A stretch of DNA of 64,000 nucleotides from an uncultured Gammaproteobacteria bacterium (GCA_964633995.1 CAZWKN010000002.1:5266-69265); one strand, 5' to 3'; counted from the first letter of the stretch, positions 38,122 to 46,229 are shown. Notes: a model not told the origin generated them from the letters alone. Made by a program: numbers and translations.

Positions 38122-38835
38122 ATGGATGAACTTCACCCGATTCAAATGAAGATTTTGACCAAACTGCTGTTTAATCCTTCACTTCGCTATTCGGAAATGA
38201 AGCCAGATAAAGAAATGGAAAACAACACATTTCAGTTCCACTTAGACCAACTAACCAAATTAGGTTTAGTTGAAAAGGCGGATAACGCCTATATTCTCAC
38301 AAAAGACGGCAAGAAATTTGCCTTACGGATTAAGGCTGAAAATTCAAAGTTGGTCGTCCAGGCAAAGATTGGAGTATCCATGGGATGTGTCAGGAAGAGC
38401 GAAGGTAAAGCCCAAGTACTCATCTATACCCGCCTCAAACACGCTTATTACGGTTGCCAGGGCTTTCCAGCTGGAAAGATAGAACAAGGAGAAGCTTTCC
38501 TTGATGCTGCCAGGAGAGAGTTGCAAGAGGAAACTGGCTTGATTGGTAATCCAAAACTGGCTGGAATCATTCATTACCGTATTTTTAACCAGGAAGGGAC
38601 AGAGCTACTTGACGACCTACTTCCCTTTTTATGCCGTTTTGATGACCCCACGGGGGAATTAGTCAGTAGCCGTGAAGGAAAGTACGAATGGATTGATATA
38701 GAATCTGTCAGTGATTTCATTACTAAACCTTTCCAAAGCAAAGAATGGTTTATGGAAGAGGTTAAAACTATTACAGACTTCAAAAAGATGCCAACTTTTG
38801 TTGAAAAGACATATCACGACTTCAAGAACTTCTAA
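38122..38835 (+). CDS. winged-helix DNA-binding domain fused to Nudix hydrolase domain
   Basis: N-terminal HTH (IQMKILTKLLFNPSLRYSEM...LTKLGLVEK), then Nudix box GKIEQGEAFLDAARRELQEETGL. 237 aa. Confidence 0.65.
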   Translation: MDELHPIQMKILTKLLFNPSLRYSEMKPDKEMENNTFQFHLDQLTKLGLVEKADNAYILTKDGKKFALRIKAENSKLVVQAKIGVSMGCVRKSEGKAQVLIYTRLKHAYYGCQGFPAGKIEQGEAFLDAARRELQEETGLIGNPKLAGIIHYRIFNQEGTELLDDLLPFLCRFDDPTGELVSSREGKYEWIDIESVSDFITKPFQSKEWFMEEVKTITDFKKMPTFVEKTYHDFKNF

Positions 38836-38970
38836 ACGGATATCCTTGGTTGCTTGGGTTATGGATGACACGTATTCTATTAATCCCTATAGCGAAAATG
38901 GAACCCTTGGTAAAGGAGATTACGGCGATTTACTATATCTTGGGTAAACTTAACTTACTTCGAGATAATT

Positions 38971-39075
38971 TTATTCAAGCCAGTTTGTAATCTTTGAAAA
39001 ATCTCTTTGTTCCTTACTCTTCCGGTGGGATTTATGGGCGAAGGATGAAATATTGCCAGTACATAATCCATAGAT
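38971..39075 (-). pseudogene. decayed remnant of a UDG-superfamily gene 3' end (paralogue of 36009..36557)
   Basis: About 80% nt identity over the last ~50 nt to the 3' end of the UDG gene (cttccggtgggatttatgggcgaaggatgaaatattgcc vs cttccattggggtttattggcgaagggtgaaaaattgcc). Translation IS.FAHKSHRKSKEQ ~ IFHPSPINPNGRTKNK. Truncated by the adjacent hydrolase gene. Confidence 0.45.
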
Positions 39076-39630
39076 CTACCCAAACATCTTCTTCAAACTG
39101 TCCAAAACTTCTTTAAATGTGAAATAGCCGCTGGCGCTATTGAAGTGGCCGCCGCCCGAGACAATGGTAAGTTCGCCATTTAATTCTTTGGAAAGAATTT
39201 GGGCATTTTCAATTGGCACATATGGGTCGTTGTCGCTGTGAATTATTGCGAAATGGTCTGCCATTGATTTGATCTTGGGAAAATTGAACGGTTTTTCCAG
39301 AAAAGAGTCAATGCTCCTATTGTCATTTTTCATACACGGCCCGGAAACAAGAACCGCACCTGATATGTGTTTTGCATCTGATGATTCTAGATATCTCAAA
39401 ATCGCGGTTGCCCCCAAACTATGACCCACTAAATACACATCGGCGTCTGGATCCATGACCACCTGGTGAGCTATCTCGTCAACCCACGCCCCGGGAACAG
39501 GGCTATTTGGACTGGGCAATGCAATTGAGGCCGCATATATATCTAATTTCTCAAGTTCGGACAAAATCCACGGCTTCCAATTACCGTTTGGGGTGCCACA
39601 AAAGCCGTGAAGTAACAGTACTTTTTTCAT
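39076..39630 (-). CDS. alpha/beta serine hydrolase, YdeN/RBBP9 family
   Basis: MKKVLLLHGFCGTPNGNW and nucleophile elbow VGHSLGA. 184 aa. Confidence 0.6.
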   Translation of the reverse strand: MKKVLLLHGFCGTPNGNWKPWILSELEKLDIYAASIALPSPNSPVPGAWVDEIAHQVVMDPDADVYLVGHSLGATAILRYLESSDAKHISGAVLVSGPCMKNDNRSIDSFLEKPFNFPKIKSMADHFAIIHSDNDPYVPIENAQILSKELNGELTIVSGGGHFNSASGYFTFKEVLDSLKKMFG

Positions 39631-40775
39631 TTATCTTTAAACCCGTTTTGAAAGTAATCCATAATTATTTGTCTTTTTTTTTCTGGAGTGTCTGACCCAG
39701 CTATTTTAGTTTGCAAGTCAACTATATCCAAATTTGGATCACGATCAAAATAATGATATCCGCTGGTTGCGTATTTGGCAAAGGCCACCGCCCTTATGTG
39801 GTGAGTACTTTCTCCTGCCATAGATTTAAATACCATTGCAATAACTTCATCTCTGGCGTTTCTTGTTGCGTCTTTTAGGTACGCGTGTCCAGCTTGTGGA
39901 TCATCGCCAATGGCATTTACGACCGCATTCATCAATCTGTGGTTAATTTGAACAAGCTCATCATTTGTGATTTCTTTTTCTGTTTTATCAGCGACAGAGT
40001 CGTATTTGACCGTAAGGGGTTCATCAGTAAAAAATTGTGTCCTAAGTGTTTCAACTCGTTTTAATAATTCTTCATCAGGTAAATGAGTAGGAAAATTTCG
40101 ATCGTTAACAAAATGGGTCCTTTCGTGGACTTCGATATTGATCGCTCCAGCCGCAATTGACCCCCCCTCGCCTTCCATTGTGGTTATTGCGAACTGAGAA
40201 CCAGCTAGTGCCAAACCATAAATTGACCTATATATTTTTTGCCTCTGTAATTTGTCAACAACGCCGGCTTCGACCAGCTCTTGTACTTGACTAAAGCCCA
40301 AAAATGATAAGTTTTTAAAGTCTTGGGATCCAAACTGCACCGCCATTGGATCGCTAGCCAAATCCATGGCAATTTCTAATAATTGGGGTCTAATATTTAC
40401 AGGCAATTTTTCGCCTACGCACAATTCTTCCAAAGTTGTTCTGACAGTGGCCCTACATGCCAAAGCGTCAGGATTGGAACGTGCCATGTACTTCATTTCG
40501 TTTTCAACATGACCCACATCCAAAGTAATTGTGATATTTTTTGTCGCTGGGTCAAAACCATTGTTTGGCTCATCCTTATCCCAGCCATATTTATAGAAAA
40601 CTTGTGCTAATCCTGCTTCCGGATAAATCTCTGTTAGAAGTCTCATCCCGTTCGAATTTCTCGCATCGAATCTAATCCTACTTTCGACTAACGCGTCTGG
40701 GTTTGAAAGGAGCTTTGTTTCAGTTGGTAAGGGTGTATTGATCTCAAAATCGGATGCGGACGGTCCTGAATACAT
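39627..40775 (-). CDS. hypothetical protein with HExxH motif (possible zincin-like metallopeptidase)
   Basis: 382 aa. GAINIEVHERTHFV contains HExxH. 4-nt overlap with the downstream hydrolase gene. No further family assignment possible by eye. Confidence 0.4.
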   Translation of the reverse strand: MYSGPSASDFEINTPLPTETKLLSNPDALVESRIRFDARNSNGMRLLTEIYPEAGLAQVFYKYGWDKDEPNNGFDPATKNITITLDVGHVENEMKYMARSNPDALACRATVRTTLEELCVGEKLPVNIRPQLLEIAMDLASDPMAVQFGSQDFKNLSFLGFSQVQELVEAGVVDKLQRQKIYRSIYGLALAGSQFAITTMEGEGGSIAAGAINIEVHERTHFVNDRNFPTHLPDEELLKRVETLRTQFFTDEPLTVKYDSVADKTEKEITNDELVQINHRLMNAVVNAIGDDPQAGHAYLKDATRNARDEVIAMVFKSMAGESTHHIRAVAFAKYATSGYHYFDRDPNLDIVDLQTKIAGSDTPEKKRQIIMDYFQNGFKDK

Positions 40776-40804
40776 CTTAATATTTCGATAGACAACAAGT
40801 GTGC

Positions 40805-40881
40805 TGGCGGGACCGACGGGGCTCGGACCCGCGACCTCGGCCTTGACAGGGCCGCGCTCTAACCAACTGAGCTACGATCCC
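40805..40881 (-). tRNA. tRNA-Asp (GTC)
   Basis: Reverse complement GGGATCGTAGCTCAGTTGGTTAGAGCGCGGCCCTGTCAAGGCCGAGGTCGCGGGTCCGAGCCCCGTCGGTCCCGCCA folds as a cloverleaf. Anticodon loop CTGTCAA. CCA encoded. T-loop TCCGAGC. Confidence 0.8.
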
Positions 40882-40909
40882 AGCTTACATGTAGTATTTT
40901 ACATTACTC

Positions 40910-40938
40910 TTGCAATTTTGGCTGGGAGGATTTATATT
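40910..40938 (+). promoter_or_regulatory. candidate sigma70-like promoter for the LysM gene
   Basis: TTGCAA-17 nt-TATATT, 37 nt upstream of the TTG start at 40975, which has a GGAAG Shine-Dalgarno. Confidence 0.3.
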
Positions 40939-40974
40939 CGCACTTAACTCAAACCTGCCCGGAAGTGGAAGAAA

Positions 40975-41445
40975 TTGAAGATAAATCAAAAATTATTAAT
41001 GAATTTGGCAGGTGTCGCAATCGTAGTCGGTACGGTGTGGGGATTGTTTTCGTATCTAGTGTCTGTAAATTCTGTCGGCAAAATAGCATCCGGGGTGAAT
41101 ACAGAACTTGAAAACGTAGGAAAATTTGAGTACGTCGTGGCTAAGGGCGACACTTTGTGGGCAATCGCTGAAAAAAACCTGGGAACAGGGTATGGATGGG
41201 TGGAAATTGCCAACACTAACAAATCAGTGATAAGTAATCCCGACGTGCTTGAGGCTGGGATGAAAATTACAATACCGGCTCCAAAAATAACCGACCATAC
41301 CGTAGTTTTGGGTGATAACTTGTGGGATTTGGGGGTCAGATATTGCAATAACGGCTTTGCCTGGACAAACATTGCCACATTCAACAACTTGGAGAATCCG
41401 AGAGTAATAGAGATCGGACAATTGCTTAAGATTAAGTGCATTTAG
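40975..41445 (+). CDS. LysM domain-containing protein (two LysM repeats, N-terminal membrane anchor)
   Basis: YVVAKGDTLWAIAEKNLG and HTVVLGDNLWDLGVRY are LysM cores. 156 aa. Confidence 0.7.
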   Translation: MKINQKLLMNLAGVAIVVGTVWGLFSYLVSVNSVGKIASGVNTELENVGKFEYVVAKGDTLWAIAEKNLGTGYGWVEIANTNKSVISNPDVLEAGMKITIPAPKITDHTVVLGDNLWDLGVRYCNNGFAWTNIATFNNLENPRVIEIGQLLKIKCI

Positions 41446-41484
41446 GTGAGGTTGTTGTAAAATGATAATTGCGCTACGCGCTGC

Positions 41485-41512
41485 GGGATATTGAACTTTT
41501 GGTTCATATCCC
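41485..41512 (+). terminator. candidate intrinsic terminator hairpin
   Basis: GGGATATTGAAC-TTTTG-GTTCATATCCC (11-bp stem, one bulge) followed by a T-rich stretch, 40 nt after the LysM stop. Confidence 0.35.
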
Positions 41513-41573
41513 TTAGATTGCTTAGTTGCTCAATGCTCAAGCTAAAGCTTTCCGCTTTCGCAAGTCACAATCT

Positions 41574-41647
41574 GCGGGATTAGTTCACCGGTAGAATGCG
41601 TCCTTCCCAAGGATGAGAAGGGGGTCCGATTCCCCTATCCCGCTCCA
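41574..41647 (+). tRNA. tRNA-Gly (CCC)
   Basis: GCGGGATTAGTTCACCGGTAGAATGCGTCCTTCCCAAGGATGAGAAGGGGGTCCGATTCCCCTATCCCGCTCCA. Perfect 7-bp acceptor. Anticodon loop TTCCCAA. CCA encoded. T-loop TCCGATT. Confidence 0.65.
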
Positions 41648-41691
41648 AAAGTAACAGAAATGTACATAAAGTTACTAGAAACTTACATAAA

Positions 41692-42165
41692 ATGACAATA
41701 ATACACAATCACGAACCCAAAAATTACGATTGTCCTTTTTGTAGATTAGTTCACGGTCAAGATGATGAGATTAATAAACAAGAATATATTGTTTATCAAG
41801 ATAGCAAAACTGTTGCATATGTAGCACCTAAATGGTGGGATAAGAATCCGGGACATGTTTTAGTTGTTCCGAAAGAGCATATTGAAAATATTTACAATAT
41901 CCCGGACGAATTATTGGCCGACGTTTATAAAACAGTAAAAAAGGTCGCCATTGCAATCAAAGAAACATATAAATCTGATGGCACTTCAACTCGTCAGCAC
42001 AATGAACCTGCAGGTAATCAAGACGTTTGGCATTTCCATGTCCACGTTTTTCCAAGATATGAAAATGATGAATTATATAAGAATCATGATAATAAAAGAT
42101 GGGTTAATCACGAAGAAAGGTTAGAATTTGTCAACAAGCTCAAAAAATACTTTGCAAATAAATAG
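41692..42165 (+). CDS. HIT family protein (histidine triad nucleotide hydrolase/transferase)
   Basis: Histidine triad WHFHVHVFPR. Zinc-ribbon-like CPFC near the N-terminus. 157 aa. Confidence 0.75.
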   Translation: MTIIHNHEPKNYDCPFCRLVHGQDDEINKQEYIVYQDSKTVAYVAPKWWDKNPGHVLVVPKEHIENIYNIPDELLADVYKTVKKVAIAIKETYKSDGTSTRQHNEPAGNQDVWHFHVHVFPRYENDELYKNHDNKRWVNHEERLEFVNKLKKYFANK

Positions 42166-42282
42166 CTAAACTCTACTTCTGTGCTGCTTACCAAATACTT
42201 CCAGAAACAAAAATGGGTTGATTTTCTCCAGGTAGCCCTTAAGAACTGTAAGTTGTAAAATTAATTCAGGAGAAATAAGACG

Positions 42283-42705
42283 GTGCAGGTTCGAGCTGAG
42301 TACCGTCTCCAGCTCCATAAGGGACTTACACAAATGACAAAAACAGTCAAAACAATAAAGGAAGCACAAAAGTTGGTAAGAGATTTTGCTAAACGCAACA
42401 ATTGGAAAGATTTACCAAATGTTGATAAATTTGATCATCTTCATGAAGAATTAATAGAAATGTCCCAGTATCTTAGGTATAAAACGGAAGAGGAAAGAAC
42501 AATGTGTGTTAAAGAAAATAAAGAAGCGTTTAAAGATGGTATCGGTGACTTATTTTTTGGAACTTGCCGTTTGGCTAACCAATTAGGTGTTGATATTGAA
42601 GACGCTTTTAATATGGTTCAAAAAGAAATTCTGGCAAAATATAATCATAAAAACCCTGAAAATAACATCGTCAAACTCGAGTTGGTCCATAAGCAACCTG
42701 GCTGA
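42283..42705 (+). CDS. MazG-like nucleoside triphosphate pyrophosphohydrolase domain protein
   Basis: HLHEELIEMSQ...KDGIGDLFFGTCRLANQLGVDIEDAF (EExxE / D motif). GTG start at 42283 with an AGGAGA SD 9 nt upstream. An alternative ATG is at 42334. Confidence 0.55.
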   Translation: MQVRAEYRLQLHKGLTQMTKTVKTIKEAQKLVRDFAKRNNWKDLPNVDKFDHLHEELIEMSQYLRYKTEEERTMCVKENKEAFKDGIGDLFFGTCRLANQLGVDIEDAFNMVQKEILAKYNHKNPENNIVKLELVHKQPG

Positions 42706-43800
42706 TTCACCATAATTGGCGGCTAGTTCTGTAGATATATCTTTTACTAGTACTTCGGGCTTGTTTAAAAAGTTATCTGGTTCTTTACCCCGATTGAATA
42801 AATCAATGATGCCGGCGTGTAATATCTCCAGTTCCTGTTCTTTTGATTCCTTTTGGGGAACGCTATTTAGCGACTCGCGACGAAATAAATCCTGAGCATA
42901 TTTGGAACTATGATGATAAATAACTGCGTCATTTTGTTTGGCCTGTAATAAAATTAAGGCTAGAGAATCGGAATCCTCATGACTTTGGTCGACCATGTGT
43001 TCGAGAATGCTCCCGTTATTATGAGCTAGCGTGTGAGAAGCGTTTATTAAACTTAAACTTGAATCCGCGGTGAATTGCGTGGTAAATCGGTTGGTTCTGA
43101 AATTTGCCAAAAGGGATACCCCGCCCTGCCAACCATCTACCTTGCCTATTTGATCATTGGCTACACTACCAACGTCTTGAACCACTAGTGAGATTGCCTG
43201 GCTTAGAGCTTCTTCATCCCGACCCAGAGATTTTAAATATTTTCCATATAGATCTGCCAGCGCGTCTTTGTGATACCCATACCTAGTGCCAATAGCGTGA
43301 ATTTTATAAGTTAGATGCTCGCGGATGATGGCCTGGGCTAGCGCGTCATAATATTGCTGGCCCATAAAAGAAAGGTATTTAGTCACTTCCGGATCACAAT
43401 CAGGCCTCCTGACTAACGGCTCGAGCAAGGCGACGTCATATGGATCGGACGGCTTTACCGATCCGCACTCGTTTTTTAATGCATAGGCAGCCGCACAAAC
43501 CTCCTTATCGTTATTAAACTTTGGCTTCGAATCCCAAGTTTTGTCCGTGAAAACTTGACCAGATAGGTGAAGACCGAACATGTCCGGAACTTCGCCCCTG
43601 ACAACCGCCGAGGCAAAACCGTCAAATCCCCCCCGGGAGCAAAGCAGGCCTATGGCAGCTTTTTGCTCTGGCCTACGACTGACCTCAGTGTGGATTTCTC
43701 CATCTCCGACTGGCATGTGAAAAATTATACACCGCGAAAATAGTTTATAATTAAACCATGACGAAATATAAACAAGCGGTCGCAGACATGCTGGCTGCAC
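42583..43800 (-). CDS. hypothetical protein
   Basis: 405-aa ORF. A likelier start is the ATG at 43716 (MPVGDGEIH...). The 3' end overlaps the MazG-like gene by ~120 nt (convergent), so one of the two ends may be miscalled. Confidence 0.4.
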   Translation of the reverse strand: MQPACLRPLVYISSWFNYKLFSRCIIFHMPVGDGEIHTEVSRRPEQKAAIGLLCSRGGFDGFASAVVRGEVPDMFGLHLSGQVFTDKTWDSKPKFNNDKEVCAAAYALKNECGSVKPSDPYDVALLEPLVRRPDCDPEVTKYLSFMGQQYYDALAQAIIREHLTYKIHAIGTRYGYHKDALADLYGKYLKSLGRDEEALSQAISLVVQDVGSVANDQIGKVDGWQGGVSLLANFRTNRFTTQFTADSSLSLINASHTLAHNNGSILEHMVDQSHEDSDSLALILLQAKQNDAVIYHHSSKYAQDLFRRESLNSVPQKESKEQELEILHAGIIDLFNRGKEPDNFLNKPEVLVKDISTELAANYGESARLLMDQLEFDDVIFRVFMIIFCQNFFLNHIKSVFNINT

Positions 43801-44027
43801 ACAAAAACGAGTTTGATGAATTTAAAAAATACGGCGTAGAAGACCCGGAGTTTAATGAGTTGGGCAAACCGTTGCTTCGGATAATTTCCGAAACCGAAAA
43901 TAGATTGTGCGGAAAGATGGAGGGAGCTGGGAAGGGGTCGTATTCTGCCAATCTAGCTGAAAAATTCCGCCAGGAGTTACGAATTCACATCCCCTTGGTG
44001 GACATGATTGGCGTGGTGTTTAAATAA
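43758..44027 (+). CDS. hypothetical protein
   Basis: 89-aa ORF filling the gap between convergent genes. Confidence 0.3.
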   Translation: MTKYKQAVADMLAAHKNEFDEFKKYGVEDPEFNELGKPLLRIISETENRLCGKMEGAGKGSYSANLAEKFRQELRIHIPLVDMIGVVFK

Positions 44028-44847
44028 CGTACACGTCCTGGCCGAAATCGTTGACGCCCACAAATTTGCCCTTGCCGGAGGCGGCAGCTTCTAGAGGCAA
44101 ACAGTCGCGACATCCTGAGATTTTTGGGCATTGGAAATGATTTAATTTACGGGCTAAAGCAACTTTTTTGGCGACAGATAATACCCGGGCAAGCGCTTCC
44201 TGAGTATCGGGCAAATTCACCGGAGTGGGGGCATTGTCGCGACCCAGGTACCAATAGGAAACGCCCTCGACGGTTCTGCTTTGACACTTGGAAGCCAAGA
44301 GAAGATAAATCGGGAGTTGAAGGGAATCGGGATCTTCGTCGTATTTGCCGGTTTTGAAATCTAAAATTCTCACCCCGTCGGTAGCTTCGTCGTACTCTAA
44401 CCAATCGATCTTGCCACAGAGAATAATATTATCTTCCTCGGATAGCCAAAAATACGGAAGTTCCTGGCGGATTTTGACTGTCTTCCTTAAAATAGGACCA
44501 GGGTGATCTGTAACTCGTTGGAGCATATCCAGGCCCTTTAAATGAGTTTCTGCTTCTTGGGACGAGTCTTTGAAGCCACCTTTTTGACCTTCTACCTTGG
44601 CCCATGCCTGGTTAAATTTTTCTGCCAGAGGGACGGAAAACCGTTCTGAGACTGGAAGAATAGAAAGTGATTCGATAACTTCGTGAACCGATTGGCCCAG
44701 GGCTAGTGCAGGTGACATGATACTTATTTTATGATGGGTCTTGGGGTCTTTGTAGACATTTTTTAGATAATAAGCCCGAGGGCACTTGAGATAATCCCCC
44801 ATGGAGGAGTGCGAGACCCAAACAGCTGAAAATTTATCCCTGGTCAT
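44020..44847 (-). CDS. PD-(D/E)XK nuclease superfamily protein (Cas4/RecB-like with Cys cluster)
   Basis: N-terminal Cys (DYLKCPRAYYLK). DFKTGK and QLPIY motifs of RecB-family nucleases. C-terminal Cys pair CPKISGCRDC. 275 aa. Confidence 0.55.
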   Translation of the reverse strand: MTRDKFSAVWVSHSSMGDYLKCPRAYYLKNVYKDPKTHHKISIMSPALALGQSVHEVIESLSILPVSERFSVPLAEKFNQAWAKVEGQKGGFKDSSQEAETHLKGLDMLQRVTDHPGPILRKTVKIRQELPYFWLSEEDNIILCGKIDWLEYDEATDGVRILDFKTGKYDEDPDSLQLPIYLLLASKCQSRTVEGVSYWYLGRDNAPTPVNLPDTQEALARVLSVAKKVALARKLNHFQCPKISGCRDCLPLEAAASGKGKFVGVNDFGQDVYVI

Positions 44848-45406
44848 GAATTAATTGCGCTAGTTTTAACTCTATTTCATCTAATTGAGCTACTAAACGT
44901 CCTTTGAGTTTAGATTTAATAATTGATATTCTTTTGGAATCGGCATCCAAATATTGTTGTGGGTTGGCTTTGAATGGTGCCCAGGTTGAAATACCTTTTG
45001 TTTCAAGACTAATTAATAAAGTCAGCCTATTGGCCAATAAATCGGCTGCTGAAATGGCCAACACTTCTCTGGATTGCTTTTTTAGGTGGTCGCGGTAATC
45101 TTGTTTGCGTTTTTCCCAGTTGTCGGTCTTATTTTTTTCAGTAACACCAGAAACAAGATTGGCAATTCGCTTACCAAATTTGCTTTCGATATCCAAGAGA
45201 GTCGTTGGGGTGTCCTCGACCAAGTCATGAAAAAGCCCGGCTATAACCACGTCTTCGCTAAAACCACAATCCGCCAAGATATGGGCAACAATGTACGGGT
45301 GTGAAACATAGGGTACATTTTTGGGGACCTTACGATATTGACCTCGATGGGTGACTGCTGTAAATTCTACAGCTAAAAGAAATTTTTTTGAAAGCGCTTG
45401 TTTCAT
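44834..45406 (-). CDS. HD domain protein, RelA/SpoT-type (p)ppGpp hydrolase-like (small alarmone hydrolase candidate)
   Basis: YVSHPYIVAHILA...GLFHDLVEDT matches the SpoT-type HD hydrolase core. 190 aa. 14-nt overlap with the downstream nuclease gene. Confidence 0.6.
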   Translation of the reverse strand: MKQALSKKFLLAVEFTAVTHRGQYRKVPKNVPYVSHPYIVAHILADCGFSEDVVIAGLFHDLVEDTPTTLLDIESKFGKRIANLVSGVTEKNKTDNWEKRKQDYRDHLKKQSREVLAISAADLLANRLTLLISLETKGISTWAPFKANPQQYLDADSKRISIIKSKLKGRLVAQLDEIELKLAQLIHDQG

Positions 45407-45481
45407 TGGAGCCGGGGGGGAGATTCGGACTCCCGACCCGCGGTTTACGATACCGCTGCTCTACCCCTGAGCTACCCCGGC
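45407..45481 (-). tRNA. tRNA-Thr (CGT)
   Basis: Reverse complement GCCGGGGTAGCTCAGGGGTAGAGCAGCGGTATCGTAAACCGCGGGTCGGGAGTCCGAATCTCCCCCCCGGCTCCA. Anticodon loop ATCGTAA. CCA encoded. T-loop TCCGAAT. Confidence 0.8.
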
Positions 45482-45512
45482 TTGTTAGCGTAGTATAATT
45501 AATTTTAGCATT

Positions 45513-46229
45513 ATGTATAGATCCAGGCTGCAGAGATTGGAAGAAAAGAGAAATATCCGTACGGCGTCACTACTGGGAATAGGGGCAGTAGTTGTGGTGA
45601 TTCTAGTGGTTATATTGGGTGTGCCGGCGTTGGTCAGGTTGGCGGTTTTTTTGGGCGACCTTAAGTCCACCCATAGTCCTGTCGACAAAAACGACCTCAT
45701 ATCCCCTGCTCCGCCAAGGCTTTTTTCTGAATACGAAGCCACGAATAGCGCCGAACTCACAATTTCCGGATCTGCCGAACCAGGATCCACTGTGTTTTTA
45801 ACAAAAAACAGTAAATCGGTGGGAAACGTGGTAGTCAGGGACGATGGGGGCTTTGAGTTTAATGCCGTTAAATTGGATGATGGAAATAATGAGTTTGCTG
45901 CGATTGCCGTTGACCAATCCAGCAACAAGAGTCCAACGTCGGAAAAGTTGGCCGTAGTGTACACAACCAAGAGTCCAGATTTGAAGATCGATAGCCCTAC
46001 TGATCAACAAAAAATAACCACAAAAGAAGGCATGGTTGATATCCGTGGATCCAGTAATTCTGATTTGAGATCACTAACTTTGAACGATCGATTTATTGTC
46101 TTGTCTTCTGAGGGCAGATTTAATACAACCTATAAACTAAATTCAGGTGACAATACGATGGTTTTTGTCGCCACGGACAAAGCTGGTAATACTACCCGAC
46201 GCGAGATGATAGTAAACTGGAGTCCTTAG
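45513..46229 (+). CDS. membrane-anchored protein with tandem Ig-like beta-sandwich domains
   Basis: N-terminal TM (LLGIGAVVVVILVVILGV), then two repeats resembling bacterial Ig-like domains. 238 aa. Confidence 0.4.
   Translation: MYRSRLQRLEEKRNIRTASLLGIGAVVVVILVVILGVPALVRLAVFLGDLKSTHSPVDKNDLISPAPPRLFSEYEATNSAELTISGSAEPGSTVFLTKNSKSVGNVVVRDDGGFEFNAVKLDDGNNEFAAIAVDQSSNKSPTSEKLAVVYTTKSPDLKIDSPTDQQKITTKEGMVDIRGSSNSDLRSLTLNDRFIVLSSEGRFNTTYKLNSGDNTMVFVATDKAGNTTRREMIVNWSP

Noticed and set aside
42270-42305. GACGGT...ACCGTC hairpin with a GGTTCGAGC T-loop-like motif
   Set aside because: It lies across the probable GTG start of the MazG-like gene and cannot be completed to a cloverleaf. It is probably a coincidental or translation-initiation-region structure.
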